A stretch of DNA of 64,000 bases from Centroscyllium fabricii (Eukaryota). Below the pieces are notes generated by a model, which was not told the origin of the DNA, did no database searches, and saw only the letters and a list, made by a program, of their open reading frames with translations. The stretch lies in NCBI GenBank assembly GCA_051313645.2, contig JBNRSN020000005.1:221712001-221776000 (forward strand). The letters run 5' to 3'. Position 1 is the first letter of the stretch; each line of letters starts with the position of its first letter. Positions 32,882-45,670 of the stretch are shown here, piece by piece. The translations under genes and the position numbers were made by a program.

Positions 32882-35800
32882 TAATGTCAAGGCCTCACAC
32901 AAGACTGATGAGGACCTATCGGAAGACTAGACAGAATACTGGAAAAGAACCCAGAGGTTTTCCAACCCGGCCTGGGGAAGTTAAAAGGCATTAACGCAAG
33001 GGTAATGATCACGCATGGGGCAACCCCAATTTTCGCCAAGGCACGTCCAGTACCCTATGCTATTAGACCAGCAGTGGAGGCAGAACTCAAAAATTTGGAA
33101 GCAGAAGGAGTTCTGTCCAATGTGGAATGGAGCGAATGGGCCACACCCATCGTTCCAGTCTTAAAAAAAACACAAAACAAGGATGGGGAGAAGACAAAGG
33201 TGCGCATTTGCGGGGACTTTAAAATGACCATTAACCCGGTGTTAAAAATTGTACAGTATCCATTGCCCAGAATTGAGGATATCTTTGCTTCCTTAGCAGG
33301 GGGGAAACGGTTCAGCAAGATAGACCTCTCACAAGCGTATCTACAGATGGAGGTGGAGCAGGATTCCAGGAAGCTGCTGACCATCAATACGCACAAAGGG
33401 CTGTACCAATATAACCGAATGGCTTTTGGCATTGCATCAGCGCCAGCCATATGGCAGAGGACCATGGACCAGGTACTGCAGGGTATTCCAGGGACACAAT
33501 GCTACCTGGATGACATCTTAGTGACGGGCAGAACGGATGGGGAACATTTGTCCAACTTGGAAACAGTCCTGGAAGGACTCAAAGAGTGTGGGCTCAGGGC
33601 CAATAAGCAAAAATGTGAGTTTTTTAAGGATCACATCTTATTGTATCCATGAAATTGATAGCGAAGGGTTACACAAATCGCCTGACAAGATAGCGGCGGT
33701 AGTAAACACCCCAAGGCCAGAAAATGTCATGCAGTTCAGGTCATTTCTGGGGCTGATTAACTATTATCACAAGTTTTTACTCAACCTATCAATGGTTTTG
33801 TACCCGCTAAATACACTGCTACAGGCAGGGACACCCTGGAAGTGGGAGAAAGCGTGTGAGACAGCTTTCTTAAAAAGCAAACAAATGATCACCTCTAAGG
33901 AGGTCTTAATGCATTTTGACCCCAGCCTGCCCATAAAGTTAGCGTATGATGCTTCCCCTTATGGCATTGGCACCGTGGTGTTCCACAAATGCCCAGATGG
34001 GTCCGAAAGACCAATAGCAGTTGCCTCTAAGTCCCTCACCATGGCAGAAAAAAACTACGCTCAAATAGACCGTGAAGCACTCAGCCTGGTATGGGGGGTG
34101 AAAAAGTTTCACCATTACTTACTCGGCCAACAGTTTACACTGATAACCAACCATTGGTCTCTATTTTCCACTCAGAAAAAGGGGTACCCCAGATGACTGC
34201 ACAAAGGCTACAAAGATGGGCACTGTTCTTGGGTGCGCACAAATATACCATTGAACATAAAGGCACTAAGAGGCATGGTAATGCGGACAGATTGTCACGA
34301 ATGCCCCTACAAGAAACAAGGGGGGTCTGCAACAAGATCCCCTGGAATTGTACCATTCGTCAATAGTGGAGCAGTTACCGGTCACTAGCAAACAGATAGA
34401 GAGGGAAACGAGAAATGACCCCTGTTTGTCAAAAATGTTTAATGTCGTAGTACGAGGATGGTCCAGAGAGGACCTCAACATATGGCCTGATTACGCCAAC
34501 AGAAAGAACCAGTTGTCGGTCTGCCGGGGCACGTTAATGTGCGGAGGTCGGGTGGTAATCCCAGAAAAATTACGGAAACAAATTCTGATAGACCTACACG
34601 AGGGACATCTGGGCAGGGTTAAAATGAAATCCTTAGCCAGGGCGTACGTATGGTGGCCCAGGATTGACAAAGATATTGAGACACTGGCTAGTGAATGCAC
34701 CAGGTGCAAAATGGTCCAAAACGCACCGCCCCAGGTGCCCTTACACCCATGGGAGTGGCCATCGTCTCCATGGCAAAGAATTCATATCGATTTTGCCGGG
34801 CCTTTTATGGATGCTATGTTCCCCATCGTCGTTGACGCCCATTCCAAGTGGCCTGAGGTGATAAGAATGTCCTCCACCACAGCTGAGAGGACAATCTCAG
34901 TCCTCAGAACCATTTTTGCCAGAAATGGTATACCGGAACAGATCTGTTCCGACAACGGACCTCAGTTCATCTCTGAGGAGTTTAGTGCATTTCTAAAAAG
35001 AAATGGGATCCAACATTACAAGTCAGCACCATACCACCCAGCCACAAATGGACTGGCAGAAAGGTTTGTGCAGACCTTCAAAAAGGCCATAAAAGCCATG
35101 GGGGGAGGAAAGTTGGAATTACAACATAAAATAGACAACTTCCTCTTTGCATATAGAAATGTGGCACACACAACCACTCACCAGTCTCCGGCAGTGTTGT
35201 TCTTTAATAGGAGATTGCGGAATCGTCTGGACCTGTTGCAACCCAACATTCGTCGAGACGTAGAAAACCAAATGTACCGAAAGGCTTCGGACCGTGCAAC
35301 CAGAAACTTTGATGTAGGTCAAGATGTGCTAGTAAGAGACTATAGGCATGATAAGTGGCAGGCTGGAACAATCAGCCATCGGCAAGGGCCGTTATCATAC
35401 ACAGTAGAAACACCTGAGGGGCAAATCAGAAGACACACTGACCAAATTGTAAGGGACACTGTGGCCAGTGCTGATTCACCCAAATCAAAGACAACAACAA
35501 AACGGACAATCTCCCATGACAACAATTCAGACGAAGAAGCGCCTGATGAAGGCTCTCCGGAGGTCGAAACAGACGACGAGTCAACAAAGACTACCTCATC
35601 ATCGGCCATCACAAAACGATACCCAACGAGAGACCGCCGACCTCCACAGAAACTGAATCTGTAACTGTAAATATGACATCTGTATATATATCGTTGTTAG
35701 TCCTCCCCCTTTACTGACTGTTGTACCGTAAAGGCTAATTAAGTGGGGAGGAATGTGGTGTATGTAACATTGTGTAATACAAGGTTATCATTGCGCACTA

Positions 35801-37471
35801 CTTTGTACCATGGCAGGACACTGCAGTACTACGGTCCACCACTACTGTATATAAGTCTAAGCGTGGAGCGATACGGGTCAGTTCCAGACTGTACCATGTT
35901 GAGTAAACATCACCTGTAGTTCGTACCTGTACAACTGAGTCTGTCGTTATTAATCCTCAATAGCGCAGGCTCAACACACCCCTCCACTCATTGGCATCAA
36001 TGGGGGAAGCCACAGACCCTTCTCGGGCTGAATAGGACATTATTACTTGTTATTTTTCCATTGTGGGAATTAGCGGCATGCAATCGGAGGTAACCAGCCC
36101 TCTCTGGCATCAATTTCCTTAGCTCTGCGCCGACTGAACCCACACCTGCTCCCAAGCAGGGTGTCAGAGTGGCTTCAGTACAAGAGGGCTCCCGCTGCCT
36201 CCTACCCTCCCCACCCCCCACTTCATGTTCTCCCAGGACTAATAGCCTGGATCACTAACTCCATTTACTGTATGTGGGAACTGTCACATCAACACGGCCA
36301 TGGGAACATTGGGATTGTGAGGGAACAGGAATGGAAGAATGCAGGGAGGACTTAAGTATTCAGGGTGCTCACTGGCTTTAGCAGAAAATATCTAATAACG
36401 GTCTGATGACAAACTGTTGCAGCTGCCGAGTGGACATATGCTGCAGTGTGCTCGGTTCCTCAGGCTCCTCGCCTTGTTTCCCACCTGCCCCTTGGAGGGC
36501 TTTTGTTGCAGTTGAGTGCCTGTTGGAGAATGTAAATAACCATGATGATCCTAGGGACTGTGGTCTATCCTGCAGACACCCACCTCATCCACCACCCACC
36601 CCCAACGGGCTGGTTTCAATACCAGGAGCAACATGCCCATGGAGTGCTCTATGGTGCAGCTAATGCATCTACGTGCCTCACTCTACCTATGCGCAGCACA
36701 GGGGAGGGTCACCTGCAGTGGGCTCTCTAGGTCTCCTAAAATCCAACCCTTCACCTGTTGAGTACCAGCAAACAATGGTGGCACATTCAAAATGGAGGAA
36801 TTATAAATGTTGGGTTTACCTTCAAAGCTCTGCAGCCATTTATTTTCAAATTCCAGAGGCCTATAATTAAAGCCATTCTTGAGTCATCAGATTTTGGAGT
36901 TGTACCAGTTTTTTTGAACTTGTTGGTCAGCTTTTATTGGACTTGTAGGCTGCATTGAATCAATGATTCACCAATTCTCCCTAACCTTGTGCTTCTTCGA
37001 AGTGCACTCCCAGTAGGACAAGGAAGTGAGGTGGCTGGCTGTTGGGTTCAGTGGCTGCCCCAGGGGATGGAGCTTAGATTATCTGTAAGTGGAAGCACCA
37101 CAACTGCTGATGAAATGTCTGCCATTGCCCTGGACTTATTGAAGAGAGGCAGCGAGATAGGGATGTGCCATTACCAAGAGACAGCTGCATCATCTAGAAA
37201 TACGTAGAAGTTACAACACAGAAACAGGCCATTCGGTCCAGCCTGTCTGTGTCAGTGTTTACTCCCAACACAAGCAATTAGTCCTAATCACATTTCCTAC
37301 TCTGTTGCTATATTCCTTCATCCACCTATCCAATCTAATCTTGAATGTTGGCAGCTTCTGCGTCGACCACTAACCCAGTGCCAACTCCTGCTATTCCCCA
37401 AATCCATTCACTCAGCATCTTCTGTGATCTGTAGGGGAGCTGGCCTCAGGGCAGCAATGAGGGAGTTGGAG

Positions 37472-39635
37472 CCCTGTCTCAGTCTGATTCCCCTGTCTCA
37501 GTCTGATTCCCCCATCTCAGTCTGATTCCCCTGTCTCAGTCTGATTCCCCTGTCTCAGTCTGATTCCCCCATCTCAGTCTGATTCCCCTGTCTCAGTCTG
37601 ATTCCCCCGTCTCAGTCTGACTCCCCGTCTCAGTCTGATTCCACTGTCTCAGTCTGATTCCCCGTCTCAGTCTGACTCCCCGTCTCAGTCTGATTCCCCC
37701 GTCTCAGTCTGACTCCCCGTCTCAGTCTGATTCCCCCGTCTCAGTCTGACTCCCCGTCTCAGTCTGACTCCCCGTCTCAGTCTGACTCCTCGTCTCAGTC
37801 TGATTCCCCCGTCTCAGTCTGACTCCTCGTCTCAGTCTGATTCCCCTGTCTCAGTCTGACTCCCCGTCTCAGTCTGACTCCCCGTCTCAGTCTGACTCGT
37901 CGTCTCAGTCTGATTCCCCCGTCTCAGTCTGACTCCTCGTCTCAGTCTGATTCCCCGTCTCAGTCTAATTCCCCTGTCTCAGTCTGACTCCCTGTCTCAG
38001 TCTGATTCCCCCGTCTCAGTCTGATTCCCCTGTCTCAGTCTGATTCCCCGTCTCAGTCTGATTCCCCATCTCAGTCTAATTCCCCTGTCTCAGTCTGACT
38101 CCCTGTCTCAGTCTGATTCCCCCGTCTCAGTCTGATTCCCCCGTCTCAGTCTGATTCCGCATCTCAGTCTGACTCTCCCGTCTCAGTCTGACTCCCCTGT
38201 CTCAGTCTGATTCCCCTTTCTCAGTCTGATTCCCCCGTCTCAGTCTGATTCCCCTTTCTCAGTCTGATTCCCCCGTCTCAGTCTGATTCCCCTTTCTCAG
38301 TCTGACTCCCCGTCTCAGTCTGACCCCCCGTCTCAGTCTGACTCCTCGTCTCAGTCTGATTCCCCCGTCTCAGTCTGACTCCTCATCTCAGTCTGATTCC
38401 CCGTCTCAGTCTAATTCCCCTGTCTCAGTCTGACTCCCTGTCTCAGTCTGATTCCCCCGTCTCAGTCTGATTCCCCCGTCTCAGTCTGATTCCCCGTCTC
38501 AGTCTGATTCCCCGTCTCAGTATGATTCCCCGTCTCAGTCTGATTCCCCGTCTCAGTCTGATTCCCCATCTCAGTCTGATTCCCCCGTCTCAGTCTGATT
38601 CCCCGTCTCAGTCTGATCCCCCCGTCTCAGTCTGATCCCCCCGTCGCAGTCGGATTCCCCTGTCTCAGTCTGATCCCCCCGTCTCAGTCGGATTCCCCTG
38701 TCTCAGTCTGATTCCCTGTCTCAGTCTGATTCCCCCGTCTCAGTCTGATTCCCCTGTCTCAGAGTCTGATTCCCCTGTGTCAGTCTGATCCCCCCGTCTC
38801 AGTCTGATTCCCCTGTCTCAGTCTGATTCCCCTGTGTCAGTCTGATCCCCCCGTCTCAGTCTGATTCCCCTGTCTCAGTCTGATTCCCTGTCTCAGTCTG
38901 ATTCCCCGTCTCAGTCTGACTCCCCTGTCTCAGTCTGATTCCTCTGTCTCAGTCTGATTCCCCCGTCTCAGTCTGACTCCCCGTCTCAGTCTGATTCCCT
39001 GTCTCAGTCTGATTCCCCTGTGTCAGTCTGATTCCCCTGTCTCAGTCTGATTCCCCATCTCAGTCTGATCCCCCTGTCTCAGTCTGATTCCCTGTCTCAG
39101 TCTGATTCCCCCGTCTCAGTCTGACTCCCCATCTCAGTCTGATTCCCTGTCTCAGTCTGATTCCCCCGTCTCAGTCTGATTCCCTGTCTCAGTCTGATTC
39201 CCCATCTCAGTCTGATTCCCCTGTCTCAGTCTGATTCGCTGTCTCAGTCGGATTCCCCTTTCTCAGTCTGATTCCCCCGTCTCAGTCTGATTCCCCATCT
39301 CAGTCTGATTCCCCCGTCTCAGTCTGATTCCCCTGTCTCAGTCTGATTCCACTGTCTCAGTCTGATTCCCCTGTCTCAGTCTGATTCCACTGTCTCAGTC
39401 TGATTCCCCTGTCTCAGTCTGATTCCCCTGTCTCAGTCTGACTCTCCTGTCTCAGTCTGATTCCCCCGTCTCAGTCTGATTCCCCGTCTCAGTCTGATTC
39501 CCCCATCTCAGTCTGATTCCCCCATCTCAGTCTGATTCCCCTGTCTCAGACTGATTCCCCCATCTCAGTCTGATTCCCCTGTCTCAGTCTGATTCCCCCA
39601 TCTCAGTCTGATTCCCCTGTCTCAGTCTGATTCCC
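37472..39635. repeat. 19-20-bp minisatellite, ~110 copies (consensus TCTCAGTCTGATTCCCC(C/T)G)
   Basis: Direct tandem periodicity with no unique spacers. Confidence 0.97.
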
Positions 39636-40289
39636 TAGTACCGGCAGAACCGTGACTTGGTAACATAGCCCAGTGTAAGAGATTATAAGCATGCCATGAA
39701 AGTTTTCAAGTTAGCTGACCTTGTGTTATCTGGCAAGGTTGGTTCTGCCATGGTCCGCAGACAGCCTGATAAGCATTGCACACAGCTGACATGATCAGCT
39801 CCAATGAGTGAGCGTTATGCTGTGATAGTACAACAGGAACAGTATGCAGCTGATAATGCAGTCTGAGCACTGGACTGCCATAAAAACACTGCACCCCCTG
39901 ACATAATGTACTGCTGCATCGGGAGTGCCAGGCTGCATTGTGGGGTGCCAGTCCAATGAAGGCCAGCTGGCTGCCCATTGTGAGTTGGATGCTGACTTGG
40001 TGAGGGCAGCATACATTATGGGGCAGCTTGGGAGCCTGGTGAGCCCAGCTCACAGGCTGAGTACAAGCTTTCAGCCCCTCTGCTCTCGTTGCCTCAGGTG
40101 TGTTTTAGTTCTCCATCCGCTATAGCTGGTTTTCTGGGAGAGAGTGTCCCATGCACTTCAGCCCGCCATTGCGTTATTGGCCCCTATGAGTAGCATCTAC
40201 TGGTGATAGTGCAGGAAGAACTCCCTGGAATGGATAATTCCAAGACCTGCCCATCAGTGGCTGTGCACACACTGGGCCAATTGGCTGAC

Positions 40290-43200
40290 TGTAGCGCCGG
40301 CAGGGCCTAGGAACCACACGTGAGCCAGAGCTAGAGAAAACGCAGCTTTATTACACTAAGTAAAACAAGAAAGAGAGTGAACCACTCGCAGCAATCATAT
40401 TTAAACAGTCCCGCGGTTGGTGACGTCATCGCGTCGGCCGACGTGGTGACGTCGTCGCGTCACCCGGATGAGCGGGGCTTTGCTCTGCGGAGTTCCCGTG
40501 GCGGATTCGATGTCTCAGTGGGCGTGCCGCCACACAGCTCCCCCCAGAATCCGTCCGGGAGGAATAGTGACAGAATCTATGTGTGCCGTTGGGGTGGCCG
40601 GATGATGCGGCCGGACCGTGTTGTCTGTTGCTCCTGGTTCTGCGGTGGAGTGTGGGCGGGTTTTGTTGCGGGAGGGCGACCGCATTGTGGTGGTTGTGTG
40701 GGGACCGTTGTCTCACCCGCTATAACGTGCGCCGGCTTGAGCTGGTCTATTGTCACAGTGTCAGTCCTGTTGCCCATTTGTAATTCAAAAGCTTTAGCCA
40801 CCGCCCGAAGCACTCTGTAGGGGCCATCGTACGGTGGCTGTAGTGGAGATCGGTGTCCGTCGCGCCGGACGAACACAAATTTAGCTTTTTTAATGTTGTC
40901 CGGCACCCGAGCTGCCGGCTCTCCATGCCGGGCCACTGGTAGTGGCTGGAACGCTCGTGCCGGGTTGGCGAAGTCTTTTAAATACTGGTCGGCTGACCAG
41001 GGAGCGTTGGGCTCAGCCAGGAACTCGCCCGGCACCGTTAAAGTTTGGCCGTAGACGAGCTCTGCTGCCGAGGCATTTAGGTCTTCCTTGACTGCCGAGC
41101 GCAGCCCGAGGAGAACCCATGGAAGGCGGTCGGTCCACGATGTGTCCTTTAGTGTGGCTCGTAGTGATGCCTTCAATGAGCGGTGGAACCGTTCGCATAG
41201 GCCGTTTGCCTGTGGGTGGTATGCGGTGGTTCGATGTAGTGTCACCCCAAGGTCGCGGGCGATGGCCGCCCATAATGCCGACGTAAACTGGGGTCCTCTG
41301 TCGGAGGTGATGTCTGTGGGCACGCCGAAGCGGGTGACCCAGGTGGCGATGAACGCCCTGGCCAAGTCTGCGGTGCCGGTGGCAGTGAGGGGGACTGCTT
41401 CTGGCCAGCGAGTGTTGCGGTCGACCATAGTCATTAGGTGCGTGTGGCCCCGGGATGGCGGTAGTGGCCCGACGAGATCGATATGGACGTGGTCAAAGCA
41501 TCTGGCCGGCACTTTAAAAGTTTCCAGCGGTGCCCTGATGTGCTTATGCACTTTGGAGCGCTGGCAGGCTATGCAGGAGCTGGCCCAGGTGCGGACGTCC
41601 TTGTGCAGGCCGCGCCATACGAATCGGGCCGAGATTAATTTGATGGACGCGCGGGCGCCGGGGTGGGACAGGTCATGGAGGGTCCTAAATATGTGTCACC
41701 TCCAAGCGTGGGGTACGACTGGCCTGGGTTGCGGCAAGTATACGTCGCAGCAGACGACGGTGGCATCGGGGCCGTGCGCGATATTGGCCAAGTGGAGGCC
41801 GGGGAGATTAGCTGCTGCGTTGAGCAGGTCGGGGTCGGCCAGCTGGTCTGCGGCCAGCTGGGCGTAATCGACCGCCATTTGGGCGGCGTTAATGGTGGGG
41901 CGTGAGAGGCAGTCAGCGACCACGTTGTCGCGGCCGGAAATGTGCTGGATGTCGGTTGTAAATTCCGACACGGCCGCGAGTTGGCGCTGCTGCCTGGCCG
42001 ACCAGGGTTCGGCGACCTTAGCCATCGCAAACGTGAGTGGCTTATGCTCGCTGAAGGCTGTGAAGTGGCGGCCCTCCAAGAGGAAACGAAAGTGTCGCAC
42101 TGCCAGATGGAGAGCGAGTAGCTCCCTATCGAAGGCGCTGTATTTAACCTCTGGGGGCCGGAGTTGCCGGCTGAAAAAGGCCAGGGGCTGCCACGAGTTG
42201 CCGGTCCACTGCTCGAATACGGCCCCGACCGCATGGTCGGAGGCGTCGGTGGTGAGGGCTACTCTGGTGTTGGGCCTAGGGTGGGCTAGGAGGGTGGCAT
42301 TTGCTAGGGCGGTTTTAGTTGCGGTGAAGGCGGTGGCGGCATCGGCCGTCCACTCAACCGCAGCCTTGTTGGACTGCCCGCGGGTGGCCTGGTAAAAGGG
42401 GGCCATGAGAGCGGCTGCTCCCGGGATAAAGCGGTTATAAAAATTAACCATGCCTAAAAATTCCTGCAGCCCTTTAATGGAGTGCGGGCGGGGGAATTCC
42501 TGTACTGCCTGCACCTTGGAGGGCAGGGGTATGGCCCCTGTTTGGGAAATGCGGTGGCCGAGGAAGTCAATAGTCTCGAGGCCGAATTTGCACTTGGTGG
42601 GGCTTAAGATAAGACAGTGTTCGGTAAGGCGCTGGAACAGGGTCCTGAGGTGCAGGAGGTGTTCCTGGGGGGAGGTGCTGGCCACGAGGATGTCGTCTAA
42701 ATAGACGAAAATGAACTTCAAGTCCCATAGGACTGAGTCCATGAGGTGCTGGAAGGCCTGGGCCACGTTTTTAAGGCCGAAGGGCATCCTTAGGAACTCA
42801 AAGAGCCCGAAGGGGGTAATGACGGACGTTTTGGGAATGTCCGCCGGGTGTACCGGCACCTGGTGGTAGCCACGCACCAGGTCGATCTTGGAAAAGATCG
42901 TACAGCCCGCTAATCTGGCGGAAAAATCCTGGATGTGGGGTACGGGGTACCTATCCGGGGTGGTGGCGTTGTTTAGGCGGCGGTAGTCGCCGCAGGGGCG
43001 CCAACCTCCGTCGGGCTTGGGGGCTATGTGGAGCGGAGAGGACCAGGGGCTGCTGGAGCGGCGGATTATACCGAGTTGCTCCATGGTGTGGAACTCGGTG
43101 CGCGCTATCTCCTGCTTGGCCGGGTTGTGCCTACGGGCGTGGGCATGGACGGGAGGGCCTGTGGTCGTTATGAAATGCTCCACCCCGTGTTTGGCCTGGC

Positions 43201-44740
43201 GGGTGGTGAATGTGGGGTTGGTTAGGGCGGGGAACTCTGCCAGGAGTGTGCCGTAGGCATCTGAGTCCCGGGAGCGGCATTGGGCTGCCGCGTGGGCCAG
43301 GAGTGCGGGCCCTGTGGAGCATGGGATGGTCGTCATAGTATTTATGTTGACCAAGCGGCGCCGGGTTACGTCGACCAGTAGGCCGTAGGCGCAGAGGAAA
43401 TCTGCCCCGAGGAGGGGCGATGTGACCTGGGCCGTTACAAAATCCCAGGTGTACGCGTGGCTTGCAAGGGTAATTGTAAGCTTGCGGGTGCTGTACATTT
43501 TTATATTGGAGCCGTTGGCCGCCGCTAGTGGCGGGCCCCGGGTGCCTTGTTTGGTTTCTGCAGGGGAGGCTGGCACGATGCTGTGCTGCGTGCCTGTGTC
43601 GCAGAGGAACCTGAGGCCTGTGCCGCTGTCTGTGGCAAAGAACAGTGCTCCTGTGTGGCCTACAGACATGGTGGGGGCTGAGTTGGGCCGTGGCTTGAAC
43701 GCGCATGGCTGGACGCAGCGGTGCGCTTTATGGTCGAACCGCGTGTGGTAGTAGCACCAGCCGGTGCTAGAGGGACGCGGTTGCCTAGGTGGGCGCGGGG
43801 CCCTAGGTTCAGGCATAAAGTTATGCCTGGGGGGTGATTGGCTGCGCTCTACCGATGCGGAGTTAGGGTCGCACGTGGTTGAGCGGGTGCACTGCGCCTC
43901 CATGAGCCTGTCGGCTTCCTCTCCGAGCTCGTCATCGCTCCGTTGGCCAAGGGCCGCCAAGGCCGGTCTGATGGCGCGGGGCAGTTTAAGGAGGAAGACG
44001 GTGCGGAAGAGGGAGGCCGGGTTGGGTGTGAGCGCTTGCATCTGACCTAAGAGGTCCGATGGGTCTGCGTCCCCGAGTTTGGGGAGGTCGAGGAGCTGGC
44101 AGTCGCGCTCAAATTGGGAGGGGGTAAAAAAAAAATTAAGCGCGGCCTTGAGTGCTTCATACCTGCCTGCGATGGGCACACGCTGTATTTTTGACCACAT
44201 CCGATCGATCGTCGTCTGTGGTAGGGCTGAGAACACCAGGTCGTAGCGGTCGTCCCCTTGAATGCCATGTGTGCGGCAGCTGGTCTCGATGCACATGAAC
44301 CAGGCCGCTGGCCGTTGCTCCCAGAACTCGGGTAGAGTTAGCCCACGTCCGGCATTCTGGCCAGCTCCTTGCGTTCGTGGAGCTTGGTTCCTTGGGTTTA
44401 CCATGTTTTCTTATTTAAAAAGTTCTTTGACCGGTGTTCCCAGATCCTGCGGCAGCTTTTCTTCTCTGGAAGTCGTTCCAGTTCGGGGTCACCACTGTAG
44501 CGCCGGCAGGGCCTAGGAACCACACGTGAGCCAGAGCTAGAGAAAACGCAGCTTTATTACACTAAGTAAAACAAGAAAGAGAGTGAACCACTCGCAGCAA
44601 TCGTATTTAAACAGTCCCGCGGTTGGTGACGTCATCGCATCGGCCGACGTGGTGACGTCGTCGCGTCACCCGGATGAGCGGGGCTTTGCTCCGCGGAGTT
44701 CCCGTGGCGGATTCGATGTCTCAGTGGGCGTGCCGCTACA
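40290..44740 (-). mobile_element. full-length CsRn1-like Gypsy element 6
   Basis: 245-bp LTRs (40290-40534, 44496-44740) with 4 differences by eye; 4-bp TSD TGAC; PBS TGGTGACCCCGAA (tRNA-Trp); G-rich PPT. Confidence 0.96.
40577..44404 (-). pseudogene. Gag-Pol of element 6 with a single in-frame TGA at 41696-41698
   Basis: ORFs 44404-41696 and 41551-40577 share a frame; YLDD RT, TDASD RNase H, DLVGP/SDRG/ERFH integrase. Confidence 0.92.
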
Positions 44741-45258
44741 TGACCTTGCCCCATAATGCAAGGTCAGTTCATTCATATATTTTGATGACACTCCCAATGC
44801 TTAGTGTGTGCTGCGCTGTGAGTGCACTGAGGTCAGGCAATATGTGGACTTAGGATGAAGAATGGTTGGGGGCAGATTGGTCCCATTAAGCAACCAGGCA
44901 CTGAGGGTCCTCCATCAAAAGTTGTGCAGCAGAGCTTTGTTCAATTGAAGGAGAGGGCCGCCCTGAAATGAGTACAGCCAGAACAGCATGGCTGGCGCTG
45001 ACAGAGCGCATCATTGAAGTATTACGTGTGACCCTAATGTCTGAGCAGGTGAGCAAGACATGTTCGGTCCACACAATGATGTCAAGGTGCAAACACATGA
45101 CTACATCTTGATCAGTTAGCTTCTTTATTAAATCAACTATGTTTAGTGCACCATCAGAGAGAAAAAGATAATCAGAGAGAGAGAGAATCCAATGGGCAAA
45201 CCAGCTGGTGAACTTTGGAAATACCCAGGGATGCAATATCTGATCCATGGCTCTTGAT

Positions 45259-45670
45259 AAGAACATAAGAAATAGGAGCAGGAGTAGGCCATTCGGCCCC
45301 TCAAGCCTGTTTCAATGAGATCATGGCTGATCTTCTGCCTCAACTCCATTCACCGGCCCTATCGCCCTTGATACCCTTACTAGTCAGAAATCTATCGACT
45401 TCTGTTTTGAATATACCCAATGACTGAGCCTCCACAGCCCTCTGGGGTAGAGAATTCCAAAGATTCACCACCCTCTGTGTGAAGAAATTTCTTCTCATCT
45501 CAGTCCAGAATGGCCTACCCTTTATCCTGAGGCTGTGGCCCCTGGTTCTAGACTCCCCAGCCAAGGGAAACATTCTCCCAGCATCCACCCTATCAGGCCC
45601 TGTAATAATATTGTATACTTCAATGAGATCCCCTCTCATTCTTCTGAATTCAAGAGAATACAGGCTTAGA
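45259..45670 (-). mobile_element. CR1 LINE 3' end
   Basis: LYSLEFRRMRGDLIE..FFTQRVVNLWNSLP plus the 3' tail. Confidence 0.9.

Larger units (their letters stand above)
29956..35976 (+). mobile_element. Mag-like Gypsy element 5, full-length but defective
   Basis: LTRs 29956-30157 and 35754-35976 (21-bp indel); perfect TSD CACCC; PBS TGGCGACGAGG (tRNA-Ser(GCU)-like); PPT AAGTGGGGAGGAA; Gag DWEAYLERF, LDTGS, WATPIVPV, YLDD; integrase ORF 34348-35664. Contains frameshifts and two SINE insertions. Confidence 0.95.

Noticed and set aside
36820-36949. Candidate TACR exon 3 (CAG..GTAAAC on the minus strand)
   Set aside because: Stops in all three frames and no similarity to TM5.
37472-39635. CRISPR-like array
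   Set aside because: Contiguous tandem units with no unique spacers and no cas genes, in a eukaryotic context.
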